Below, one piece after another: positions 26,601 to 40,300 of a stretch of DNA of 64,000 nucleotides (positions within the stretch are counted from its first letter, which is position 1; every line of letters starts with the position of its first letter). The notes under the pieces are model-generated. The model made no database searches and was not told the DNA's origin. It saw only the letters and a list, made by a program, of their open reading frames with translations. Source of the stretch: the human T2T-CHM13v2.0 reference genome, Homo sapiens. Both the position numbers and the translations under genes were made by a program. The stretch lies in assembly GCF_009914755.1 (NCBI RefSeq), contig NC_060939.1; one strand, given 5' to 3'.

Positions 26601-29600
26601 TCCTTTCTCACCTTAGGCCTGAAAACGCTCGAAATATCCACTTCCAGATACGACAGAAACAGTGATTCAAACCTGCTCTATGAAAGGGAATGTTCAACTA
26701 GGTGACTTGAATGCAAACATCACAAAGCAGTTTCTGAGAATGCTGCTGTCTACTTTCTATTTGTAATCCCGTTTCCAACGAAATCCTCAGAACTATCGAA
26801 ATTTCCAATTGCAGATTCCACAAAAAGCGTGTTTCAAAGCTGCTCTGTAAAAAGAAAGGTTCAACTCTGTTAGTTGAATACGCACGTCACAAACAAGTTT
26901 CTGAGAATGCTTCTGTCTAGTTTTTATGGGAAGATATTTCCTTTTTCACCGTAGGCCTCAAAGCGCTCCAAATGTCCACTTCCACATACTACAAAAAGAG
27001 TGTTTCAAACCTGCTCTATGATAGGGAATGTTGAAACCTATGAGTTGAATGCAAGCATTACAAAGAGGTTTCTGAGAATGCTTCTGTCTAGATTTTATAT
27101 GTAGATATTCCCGTTTCCAACGAAATCCTCAAAGCTATCCAAATATCAACTTGCAGATTCTACAAAAGGAATGTTTCCAAAATGCTGTATCCAAACAAAG
27201 GTTCAACTCTGTGAATTGAGGGCATACATCACAAAGAAGATTCTGAGAATGCTTCTGTCTAGATTTTATATGAAAATATTCCCGTTTCCAACGAAATCCT
27301 CAAAGCTATCCAAATATCCACTTGCAAATGCCACAAAAAGAGTGTTTCCAAACTGCTCTGTGAAAAGGAAGGTTCAACTCTGTTAGTTGAGTACACACAT
27401 CACAAAGAGGTTTCTGAGAATGCTGCTGACTAGTTTTTATTTGAAGATATTTCCCTTTTCACCTTAGGCCTAAGAGTGCTCGAAATGTCCATTTCCACAT
27501 ACTCCACAAAGTGTGTTTCAAACGTGCTGTATGAAAGGGAATGTTCAACTCTATCAGTTGAATGCAAACATCACAAAGAAGACTCTGAGAATGCTTTTGT
27601 CTAGATTTTATATGAAGATATTCCCGTGTCCAACGAAATTTTCAAAGGTCTCCAAATACCCATTTGTAGATTCTACAAAAAGAGTGTTTCCAAACTGCTG
27701 TATCAAAACAAAGGTTGAACTCTGTGAGTTGAGGACACACATCACAAATAAGTTTCTGAGAATGCTTCTGTCTAGTTTTTATTTGAAGATGTTTCCTTTT
27801 TCACCATAGGCCTGAAAGCGCTCGAAATGTCCACTTCCAGATAGTACAGAAAGAGTGTTTCAAACCTGCTCTATGAACGGGAATGTTCAGCTCTGTGAGT
27901 TGAATGCAAACATCACAAAGCAGGTTCTGAGAATGCTTCCGTCTAGATTTTAAATGAGGATATTCCCGTTTCCAACGAAATCCTCGAAGCTATCCAAATA
28001 TCCACTTGCAGATTCCACAAAAAGAGTGTTTCAAAACTGCTCTGTCAAAAGATAGGTTCAACTCTGTTAGTTGAGTACACACATGGCAAACAAGATTCCG
28101 AGAATGCTTTCGTCTAGTTTTTTTGGGAAGATATTTCCTTCTTCACCATAGGCCTCAAAGCGCTCCAAATATCCATTTCCACATGCTATACAAAGAGTGT
28201 CTCAAACCTGCTGTATGAATGGGAATGTTCAACTCTATGAGTTGAATGCAAACATCACAAAGAAGTTTCTGAGAATGCTGCTGTCTAGATTTTATATGAA
28301 GGTTTTCCCGCTTCCAACGAAATTTTCAATGCTCTCAAAATATCCTCTTGTAGATTCTACAAAAAGAGTGTTTCCAAACTGCTGTATCAAAACAAAGGTT
28401 CATCTCTGTTAGTTGAGGACACACATCACAAATAAGTTTCTGAGAATGCTTCTGTCTAGTTCTTATTTGAAGACATTTCCTTTCTCACCTTAGGCCTGAA
28501 AGCGCTCGAAATACCCACTTCCAGATACTACAGAAACAGTGATTCAAACCTGCTCTATGAAAGGGAATGTTCAACTATGTGACTTGAATGCAAACATCAC
28601 AAAGCAGTTTCTGAGAATGCTGCTGTCTACTTTCTATTTGTAATCCCGTTTCCAACGAAATCCTCAGAACTATCGAAATTTCCAAATGCAGATTCCACAG
28701 AAACAGGGTTTCAAAGCTGCTCTGTAAAAAGAAAGGTTCAACTCTGTTAGTTGAATACACACGTCACAAACAAGTTTCTGAGAATGCTTCTGTCTAGTTT
28801 TTATGGGAAGATATTTCCTTTTTCACCGTAGGCCTCAAAGCGCTCCAAATGTCCACTTCCACATACTACAAAAAGAGTGTTTCAAACCTGCTGTATGAAA
28901 GGGAATGTTCAACTCTATGAGTTGAATGCAAACATTACAAAGAAGTTTCTGAGAATGCTTCTGTCTAGATTTTATATGAAGGTTTTCCCGTTTCCAACGA
29001 AATTTTCAATGCTCTCAAAATATCCACTTGTAGATTCTACAAAAAGAGTGTTTCCAAACTGCTGTGTCAAAAGAAAGGTTCAACTCTGTTAGTTGAGGAC
29101 ACACATCACAAATAAGTTTCTGAGAATGCTTCTGTCTAGTTCTTATTTGAAGACATTTCCTTTCTCACCTTAGGCCTGAAAACGCTCGAAATATCCACTT
29201 CCAGATACGACAGAAACAGTGATTCAAACCTGCTCTATGAAAGGGAATGTTCAACTAGGTGACTTGAATGCAAACATCACAAAGCAGTTTCTGAGAATGC
29301 TGCTGTCTACTTTCTATTTGTAATCCCGTTTCCAACGAAATCCTCAGAACTATCGAAATTTCCAATTGCAGATTCCACAAAAAGCGTGTTTCAAAGCTGC
29401 TCTGTAAAAAGAAAGGTTCAACTCTGTTAGTTGAATACACACGTCACAAACAAGTTTCTGAGAATGCTTCTGTCTAGTTTTTATGGGAAGATATTTCCTT
29501 TTTCACCGTAGGCCTCAAAGCGCTCCAAATGTCCACTTCCACATACTACAAAAAGAGTGTTTCAAACCTGCTCTATGATAGGGAATGTTGAAACCTATGA

Positions 29601-31360
29601 GTTGAATGCAAGCATTACAAAGAGGTTTCTGAGAATGCTTCTGTCTAGATTTTATATGTAGATATTCCCGTTTCCAACGAAATCCTCAAAGCTATCCAAA
29701 TATCAACTTGCAGATTCTACAAAAGGAATGTTTCCAAAATGCTGTATCCAAACAAAGGTTCAACTCTGTGAATTGAGGACATACATCACAAAGAAGATTC
29801 TGAGAATGCTTCTGTCTAGATTTTATATGAAAATATTCCCGTTTCCAACGAAATCCTCAAAGCTATCCAAATATCCACTTGCAAATGCCACAAAAAGAGT
29901 GTTTCCAAACTGCTCTGTGAAAAGGAAGGTTCAACTCTGTTAGTTGAGTACACACATCACAAAGAGGTTTCTGAGAATGCTGCTGACTAGTTTTTATTTG
30001 AAGATATTTCCCTTTTCACCTTAGGCCTAAGAGTGCTCGAAATGTCCATTTCCACATACTCCACAAAGTGTGTTTCAAACGTGCTGTATGAAAGGGAATG
30101 TTCAACTCTATGAGTTGAATGCAAACATCACAAAGAAGATTCTGAGAATGCTTTTGTCTAGATTTTATATGAAGATATTCCCGTGTCCAACGAAATTTTC
30201 AAAGGTCTCCAAATAAAGATTGTTTCCAAACTGCTGTATCAAAACAAAGGTTGAACTCTGTGAGTTGAGGACACACATCACAAATAAGTTTCTGAGAATG
30301 CTTCTGTCTAGTTTTTATTTGAAGATGTTTCCTTTTTCACCATAGGCCTGAAAGCGCTCGAAATGTCCACTTCCAGATAGTACAGAAAGAGTGTTTCAAA
30401 CCTGCTCTATGAACGGGAATGTTCAGCTCTGTGAGTTGAATGCAAACATCACAAAGCAGGTTCTGAGAATGCTTCCGTCTAGATTTTAAATGAGGATATT
30501 CCCGTTTCCAACGAAATCCTCGAAGCTATCCAAATATCCACTTGCAGATTCCACAAAAAGAGTGTTTCAAAACTGCTCTGTCAAAAGATAGGTTCAACTC
30601 TGTTAGTTGAGTACACACATGGCAAACAAGATTCCGAGAATGCTTTCGTCTAGTTTTTTTGGGAAGATATTTCCTTCTTCACCATAGGCCTCAAAGCGCT
30701 CCAAATATCCATTTCCACATGCTATACAAAGAGTGTCTCAAACCTGCTGTATGAATGGGAATGTTCAACTCTATGAGTTGAATGCAAACATCACAAAGAA
30801 GTTTCTGAGAATGCTGCTGTCTAGATTTTATATGAAGGTTTTCCCGCTTCCAACGAAATTTTCAATGCTCTCAAAATATCCTCTTGTAGATTCTACAAAA
30901 AGAGTGTTTCCAAACTGCTGTATCAAAACAAAGGTTCATCTCTGTTAGTTGAGGACACACATCACAAATAAGTTTCTGAGAATGCTTCTGTCTAGTTCTT
31001 ATTTGAAGACATTTCCTTTCTCACCTTAGGCCTGAAAGCGCTCGAAATACCCACTTCCAGATACTACAGAAACAGTGATTCAAACCTGCTCTATGAAAGG
31101 GAATGTTCAACTATGTGACTTGAATGCAAACATCACAAAGCAGTTTCTGAGAATGCTGCTGTCTACTTTCTATTTGTAATCCCGTTTCCAACGAAATCCT
31201 CAGAACTATCGAAATTTCCAATTGCAGATTCCACAGAAACAGGGTTTCAAAGCTGCTCTGTAAAAAGAAAGGTTCAACTCTGTTAGTTGAATACACACGT
31301 CACAAACAAGTTTCTGAGAATGCTTCTGTCTAGTTTTTATGGGAAGATATTTCCTTTTTC
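17650..31360. repeat. 6290-bp tandem duplication (37 monomers), about 2.2 copies; repeated at ~42830-56026
   Basis: Variant ORFs recur at +6290: 18153/24443/30733, 20030/26320 and 23438/29728. Confidence 0.88.
23438..25293 (-). repeat. 1856-bp S-type 11-mer HOR with 21-bp deletion. Also at 48619
   Basis: Marker spacing is 1856 = 1877 - 21, with the deletion junction at ~23925. Confidence 0.93.
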
Positions 31361-34300
31361 ACCGTAGGCCTCAAAGCGCTCCAAATGTCCACTTCCACAT
31401 ACTACAAAAAGAGTGTTTCAAACCTGCTGTATGAAAGGGAATGTTCAACTCTATGAGTTGAATGCAAACATTACAAAGAAGTTTCTGAGAATGCTTCTGT
31501 CTAGATTTTATATGAAGGTTTTCCCGTTTCCAACGAAATTTTCAATGCTCTCAAAATATCCACTTGTAGATTCTACAAAAAGAGTGTTTCCAAACTGCTG
31601 TGTCAAAAGAAAGGTTCAACTCTGTTAGTTGAGGACACACATCACAAATAAGTTTCTGAGAATGCTTCTGTCTAGTTCTTATTTGAAGACATTTCCTTTC
31701 TCACCTTAGGCCTGAAAACGCTCGAAATATCCACTTCCAGATACGACAGAAACAGTGATTCAAACCTGCTCTATGAAAGGGAATGTTCAACTAGGTGACT
31801 TGAATGCAAACATCACAAAGCAGTTTCTGAGAATGCTGCTGTCTACTTTCTATTTGTAATCCCGTTTCCAACGAAATCCTCAGAACTATCGAAATTTCCA
31901 ATTGCAGATTCCACAAAAAGCGTGTTTCAAAGCTGCTCTGTAAAAAGAAAGGTTCAACTCTGTTAGTTGAATACACACGTCACAAACAAGTTTCTGAGAA
32001 TGCTTCTGTCTAGTTTTTATGGGAAGATATTTCCTTTTTCACCGTAGGCCTCAAAGCGCTCCAAATGTCCACTTCCACATACTACAAAAAGAGTGTTTCA
32101 AACCTGCTCTATGATAGGGAATGTTGAAACCTATGAGTTGAATGCAAGCATTACAAAGAGGTTTCTGAGAATGCTTCTGTCTAGATTTTATATGTAGATA
32201 TTCCCGTTTCCAACGAAATCCTCAAAGCTATCCAAATATCAACTTGCAGATTCTACAAAAGGAATGTTTCCAAAATGCTGTATCCAAACAAAGGTTCAAC
32301 TCTGTGAATTGAGGACATACATCACAAAGAAGATTCTGAGAATGCTTCTGTCTAGATTTTATATGAAAATATTCCCGTTTCCAACGAAATCCTCAAAGCT
32401 ATCCAAATATCCACTTGCAAATGCCACAAAAAGAGTGTTTCCAAACTGCTCTGTGAAAAGGAAGGTTCAACTCTGTTAGTTGAGTACACACATCACAAAG
32501 AGGTTTCTGAGAATGCTGCTGACTAGTTTTTATTTGAAGATATTTCCCTTTTCACCTTAGGCCTAAGAGTGCTCGAAATGTCCATTTCCACATACTCCAC
32601 AAAGTGTGTTTCAAACGTGCTGTATGAAAGGGAATGTTCAACTCTATGAGTTGAATGCAAACATCACAAAGAAGATTCTGAGAATGCTTTTGTCTAGATT
32701 TTATATGAAGATATTCCCGTGTCCAACGAAATTTTCAAAGGTCTCCAAATAAAGATTGTTTCCAAACTGCTGTATCAAAACAAAGGTTGAACTCTGTGAG
32801 TTGAGGACACACATCACAAATAAGTTTCTGAGAATGCTTCTGTCTAGTTTTTATTTGAAGATGTTTCCTTTTTCACCATAGGCCTGAAAGCGCTCGAAAT
32901 GTCCACTTCCAGATAGTACAGAAAGAGTGTTTCAAACCTGCTCTATGAACGGGAATGTTCAGCTCTGTGAGTTGAATGCAAACATCACAAAGCAGGTTCT
33001 GAGAATGCTTCCGTCTAGATTTTAAATGAGGATATTCCCGTTTCCAACGAAATCCTCGAAGCTATCCAAATATCCACTTGCAGATTCCACAAAAAGAGTG
33101 TTTCAAAACTGCTCTGTCAAAAGATAGGTTCAACTCTGTTAGTTGAGTACACACATGGCAAACAAGATTCCGAGAATGCTTTCGTCTAGTTTTTTTGGGA
33201 AGATATTTCCTTCTTCACCATAGGCCTCAAAGCGCTCCAAATATCCATTTCCACATGCTATACAAAGAGTGTCTCAAACCTGCTGTATGAATGGGAATGT
33301 TCAACTCTATGAGTTGAATGCAAACATCACAAAGAAGTTTCTGAGAATGCTGCTGTCTAGATTTTATATGAAGGTTTTCCCGCTTCCAACGAAATTTTCA
33401 ATGCTCTCAAAATATCCTCTTGTAGATTCTACAAAAAGAGTGTTTCCAAACTGCTGTATCAAAACAAAGGTTCATCTCTGTTAGTTGAGGACACACATCA
33501 CAAATAAGTTTCTGAGAATGCTTCTGTCTAGTTCTTATTTGAAGACATTTCCTTTCTCACCTTAGGCCTGAAAGCGCTCGAAATACCCACTTCCAGATAC
33601 TACAGAAACAGTGATTCAAACCTGCTCTATGAAAGGGAATGTTCAACTATGTGACTTGAATGCAAACATCACAAAGCAGTTTCTGAGAATGCTGCTGTCT
33701 ACTTTCTATTTGTAATCCCGTTTCCAACGAAATCCTCAGAACTATCGAAATTTCCAATTGCAGATTCCACAGAAACAGGGTTTCAAAGCTGCTCTGTAAA
33801 AAGAAAGGTTCAACTCTGTTAGTTGAATACACACGTCACAAACAAGTTTCTGAGAATGCTTCTGTCTAGTTTTTATGGGAAGATATTTCCTTTTTCACCG
33901 TAGGCCTCAAAGCGCTCCAAATGTCCACTTCCACATACTACAAAAAGAGTGTTTCAAACCTGCTGTATGAAAGGGAATGTTCAACTCTATGAGTTGAATG
34001 CAAACATTACAAAGAAGTTTCTGAGAATGCTTCTGTCTAGATTTTATATGAAGGTTTTCCCGTTTCCAACGAAATTTTCAATGCTCTCAAAATATCCACT
34101 TGTAGATTCTACAAAAAGAGTGTTTCCAAACTGCTGTGTCAAAAGAAAGGTTCAACTCTGTTAGTTGAGGACACACATCACAAATAAGTTTCTGAGAATG
34201 CTTCTGTCTAGTTCTTATTTGAAGACATTTCCTTTCTCACCTTAGGCCTGAAAACGCTCGAAATATCCACTTCCAGATACGACAGAAACAGTGATTCAAA

Positions 34301-37300
34301 CCTGCTCTATGAAAGGGAATGTTCAACTAGGTGACTTGAATGCAAACATCACAAAGCAGTTTCTGAGAATGCTGCTGTCTACTTTCTATTTGTAATCCCG
34401 TTTCCAACGAAATCCTCAGAACTATCGAAATTTCCAATTGCAGATTCCACAGAAACAGGGTTTCAAAGCTGCTCTGTAAAAAGAAAGGTTCAACTCTGTT
34501 AGTTGAATACACACGTCACAAACAAGTTTCTGAGAATGCTTCTGTCTAGTTTTTATGGGAAGATATTTCCTTTTTCACCGTAGGCCTCAAAGCGCTCCAA
34601 ATGTCCACTTCCACATACTACAAAAAGAGTGTTTCAAACCTACTCTATGATAGGGAATGTTGAAACCTATGAGTTGAATGCAAGCATTACAAAGTGGTTT
34701 CTGAGAATGCTTCTGTCTAGATTTTATATGTAGATATTCCCGTTTCCAACGAAATCCTCAAAGCTATCCAAATATCAACTTGCAGATTCTACAAAAGGAA
34801 TGTTTCCAAAATGCTGTATCCAAACAAAGGTTCAACTCTGTGAATTGAGGGCATACATCACAAAGAAGATTCTGAGAATGCTTCTGTCTAGATTTTATAT
34901 GAAAATATTCCCGTTTCCAACGAAATCCTCAAAGCTATCCAAATATCCACTTGCAAATGCCACAAAAAGAGTGTTTCCAAACTGCTCTGTGAAAAGGAAG
35001 GTTCAACTCTGTTAGTTGAGTACACACATCACAAAGAGGTTTCTGAGAATGCTGCTGACTAGTTTTTATTTGAAGATATTTCCCTTTTCACCTTAGGCCT
35101 AAGAGTGCTCGAAATGTCCATTTCCACATACTCCACAAAGTGTGTTTCAAACGTGCTGTATGAAAGGGAATGTTCAACTCTATGAGTTGAATGCAAACAT
35201 CACAAAGAAGATTCTGAGAATGCTTTTGTCTAGATTTTATATGAAGATATTCCCGTGTCCAACGAAATTTTCAAAGGTCTCCAAATATCCATTTGTAGAT
35301 TCTACAAAAAGAGTGTTTCCAAACTGCTGTATCAAAACAAAGGTTGAACTCTGTGAGTTGAGGACACACATCACAAATAAGTTTCTGAGAATGCTTCTGT
35401 CTAGTTTTTATTTGAAGATGTTTCCTTTTTCACCATAGGCCTGAAAGCGCTCGAAATGTCCACTTCCAGATAGTACAGAAAGAGTGTTTCAAACCTGCTC
35501 TATGAACGGGAATGTTCAGCTCTGTGAGTTGAATGCAAACATCACAAAGCAGGTTCTGAGAATGCTTCCGTCTAGATTTTAAATGAGGATATTCCCGTTT
35601 CCAACGAAATCCTCGAAGCTATCCAAATATCCACTTGCAGATTCCACAAAAAGAGTGTTTCAAAACTGCTCTGTCAAAAGATAGGTTCAACTCTGTTAGT
35701 TGAGTACACACATGGCAAACAAGATTCCGAGAATGCTTTCGTCTAGTTTTTTTGGGAAGATATTTCCTTTTTCACCGTAGGCCTCAAAGCGCTCCAAATG
35801 TCCACTTCCACATACTACAAAAAGAGTGTTTCAAACCTGCTGTATGAAAGGGAATGTTCAACTCTATGAGTTGAATGCAAACATTACAAAGAAGTTTCTG
35901 AGAATGCTTCTGTCTAGATTTTATATGAAGGTTTTCCCGTTTCCAACGAAATTTTCAATGCTCTCAAAATATCCACTTGTAGATTCTACAAAAAGAGTGT
36001 TTCCAAACTGCTGTGTGAAAAGAAAGGTTCAACTCTGTTAGTTGAGGACACACATCACAAATAAGTTTCTGAGAATGCTTCTGTCTAGTTCTTATTTGAA
36101 GACATTTCCTTTCTCACCTTAGGCCTGAAAACGCTCGAAATATCCACTTCCAGATACGACAGAAACAGTGATTCAAACCTGCTCTATGAAAGGGAATGTT
36201 CAACTAGGTGACTTGAATGCAAACATCACAAAGCAGTTTCTGAGAATGCTGCTGTCTACTTTCTATTTGTAATCCCGTTTCCAACGAAATCCTCAGAACT
36301 ATCGAAATTTCCAATTGCAGATTCCACAAAAAGCGTGTTTCAAAGCTGCTCTGTAAAAAGAAAGGTTCAACTCTGTTAGTTGAATACGCACGTCACAAAC
36401 AAGTTTCTGAGAATGCTTCTGTCTAGTTTTTATGGGAAGATATTTCCTTTTTCACCGTAGGCCTCAAAGCGCTCCAAATGTCCACTTCCACATACTACAA
36501 AAAGAGTGTTTCAAACCTGCTCTATGATAGGGAATGTTGAAACCTATGAGTTGAATGCAAGCATTACAAAGAGGTTTCTGAGAATGCTTCTGTCTAGATT
36601 TTATATGTAGATATTCCCGTTTCCAACGAAATCCTCAAAGCTATCCAAATATCAACTTGCAGATTCTACAAAAGGAATGTTTCCAAAATGCTGTATCCAA
36701 ACAAAGGTTCAACTCTGTGAATTGAGGGCATACATCACAAAGAAGATTCTGAGAATGCTTCTGTCTAGATTTTATATGAAAATATTCCCGTTTCCAACGA
36801 AATCCTCAAAGCTATCCAAATATCCACTTGCAAATGCCACAAAAAGAGTGTTTCCAAACTGCTCTGTGAAAAGGAAGGTTCAACTCTGTTAGTTGAGTAC
36901 ACACATCACAAAGAGGTTTCTGAGAATGCTGCTGACTAGTTTTTATTTGAAGATATTTCCCTTTTCACCTTAGGCCTAAGAGTGCTCGAAATGTCCATTT
37001 CCACATACTCCACAAAGTGTGTTTCAAACGTGCTGTATGAAAGGGAATGTTCAACTCTATCAGTTGAATGCAAACATCACAAAGAAGACTCTGAGAATGC
37101 TTTTGTCTAGATTTTATATGAAGATATTCCCGTGTCCAACGAAATTTTCAAAGGTCTCCAAATATCCATTTGTAGATTCTACAAAAAGAGTGTTTCCAAA
37201 CTGCTGTATCAAAACAAAGGTTGAACTCTGTGAGTTGAGGACACACATCACAAATAAGTTTCTGAGAATGCTTCTGTCTAGTTTTTATTTGAAGATGTTT

Positions 37301-40300
37301 CCTTTTTCACCATAGGCCTGAAAGCGCTCGAAATGTCCACTTCCAGATAGTACAGAAAGAGTGTTTCAAACCTGCTCTATGAACGGGAATGTTCAGCTCT
37401 GTGAGTTGAATGCAAACATCACAAAGCAGGTTCTGAGAATGCTTCCGTCTAGATTTTAAATGAGGATATTCCCGTTTCCAACGAAATCCTCGAAGCTATC
37501 CAAATATCCACTTGCAGATTCCACAAAAAGAGTGTTTCAAAACTGCTCTGTCAAAAGATAGGTTCAACTCTGTTAGTTGAGTACACACATGGCAAACAAG
37601 ATTCCGAGAATGCTTTCGTCTAGTTTTTTTGGGAAGATATTTCCTTCTTCACCATAGGCCTCAAAGCGCTCCAAATATCCATTTCCACATGCTATACAAA
37701 GAGTGTCTCAAACCTGCTGTATGAATGGGAATGTTCAACTCTATGAGTTGAATGCAAACATCACAAAGAAGTTTCTGAGAATGCTGCTGTCTAGATTTTA
37801 TATGAAGGTTTTCCCGCTTCCAACGAAATTTTCAATGCTCTCAAAATATCCTCTTGTAGATTCTACAAAAAGAGTGTTTCCAAACTGCTGTATCAAAACA
37901 AAGGTTCATCTCTGTTAGTTGAGGACACACATCACAAATAAGTTTCTGAGAATGCTTCTGTCTAGTTCTTATTTGAAGACATTTCCTTTCTCACCTTAGG
38001 CCTGAAAGCGCTCGAAATACCCACTTCCAGATACTACAGAAACAGTGATTCAAACCTGCTCTATGAAAGGGAATGTTCAACTATGTGACTTGAATGCAAA
38101 CATCACAAAGCAGTTTCTGAGAATGCTGCTGTCTACTTTCTATTTGTAATCCCGTTTCCAACGAAATCCTCAGAACTATCGAAATTTCCAATTGCAGATT
38201 CCACAGAAACAGGGTTTCAAAGCTGCTCTGTAAAAAGAAAGGTTCAACTCTGTTAGTTGAATACACACGTCACAAACAAGTTTCTGAGAATGCTTCTGTC
38301 TAGTTTTTATGGGAAGATATTTCCTTTTTCACGGTAGGCCTCAAAGCGCTCCAAATGTCCACTTCCACATACTACAAAAAGAGTGTTTCAAACCTGCTCT
38401 ATGATAGGGAATGTTGAAACCTATGAGTTGAATGCAAGCATTACAAAGAGGTTTCTGAGAATGCTTCTGTCTAGATTTTATATGTAGATATTCCCGTTTC
38501 CAACGAAATCCTCAAAGCTATCCAAATATCAACTTGCAGATTCTACAAAAGGAATGTTTCCAAAATGCTGTATCCAAACAAAGGTTCAACTCTGTGAATT
38601 GAGGGCATACATCACAAAGAAGATTCTGAGAATGCTTCTGTCTAGATTTTATATGAAAATATTCCCGTTTCCAACGAAATCCTCAAAGCTATCCAAATAT
38701 CCACTTGCAAATGCCACAAAAAGAGTGTTTCCAAACTGCTCTGTGAAAAGGAAGGTTCAACTCTGTTAGTTGAGTACACACATCACAAAGAGGTTTCTGA
38801 GAATGCTGCTGACTAGTTTTTATTTGAAGATATTTCCCTTTTCACCTTAGGCCTAAGAGTGCTCGAAATGTCCATTTCCACATACTCCACAAAGTGTGTT
38901 TCAAACGTGCTGTATGAAAGGGAATGTTCAACTCTATGAGTTGAATGCAAACATCACAAAGAAGATTCTGAGAATGCTTTTGTCTAGATTTTATATGAAG
39001 ATATTCCCGTGTCCAACGAAATTTTCAAAGGTCTCCAAATATCCATTTGTAGATTCTACAAAAAGAGTGTTTCCAAACTGCTGTATCAAAACAAAGGTTG
39101 AACTCTGTGAGTTGAGGACACACATCACAAATAAGTTTCTGAGAATGCTTCTGTCTAGTTTTTATTTGAAGATGTTTCCTTTTTCACCATAGGCCTGAAA
39201 GCGCTCGAAATGTCCACTTCCAGATAGTACAGAAAGAGTGTTTCAAACCTGCTCTATGAACGGGAATGTTCAGCTCTGTGAGTTGAATGCAAACATCACA
39301 AAGCAGGTTCTGAGAATGCTTCCGTCTAGATTTTAAATGAGGATATTCCCGTTTCCAACGAAATCCTCGAAGCTATCCAAATATCCACTTGCAGATTCCA
39401 CAAAAAGAGTGTTTCAAAACTGCTCTGTCAAAAGATAGGTTCAACTCTGTTAGTTGAGTACACACATGGCAAACAAGATTCCGAGAATGCTTTCGCCTAG
39501 TTTTTTTGGGAAGATATTTCCTTTTTCACCGTAGGCCTCAAAGCGCTCCAAATGTCCACTTCCACATACTACAAAAAGAGTGTTTCAAACCTGCTGTATG
39601 AAAGGGAATGTTCAACTCTATGAGTTGAATGCAAACATTACAAAGAAGTTTCTGAGAATGCTTCTGTCTAGATTTTATATGAAGGTTTTCCCGTTTCCAA
39701 CGAAATTTTCAATGCTCTCAAAATATCCACTTGTAGATTCTACAAAAAGAGTGTTTCCAAACTGCTGTGTGAAAAGAAAGGTTCAACTCTGTTAGTTGAG
39801 GACACACATCACAAATAAGTTTCTGAGAATGCTTCTGTCTAGTTCTTATTTGAAGACATTTCCTTTCTCACCTTAGGCCTGAAAACGCTCGAAATATCCA
39901 CTTCCAGATACGACAGAAACAGTGATTCAAACCTGCTCTATGAAAGGGAATGTTCAACTAGGTGACTTGAATGCAAACATCACAAAGCAGTTTCTGAGAA
40001 TGCTGCTGTCTACTTTCTATTTGTAATCCCGTTTCCAACGAAATCCTCAGAACTATCGAAATTTCCAATTGCAGATTCCACAAAAAGCGTGTTTCAAAGC
40101 TGCTCTGTAAAAAGAAAGGTTCAACTCTGTTAGTTGAATACGCACGTCACAAACAAGTTTCTGAGAATGCTTCTGTCTAGTTTTTATGGGAAGATATTTC
40201 CTTTTTCACCGTAGGCCTCAAAGCGCTCCAAATGTCCACTTCCACATACTACAAAAAGAGTGTTTCAAACCTGCTCTATGATAGGGAATGTTGAAACCTA

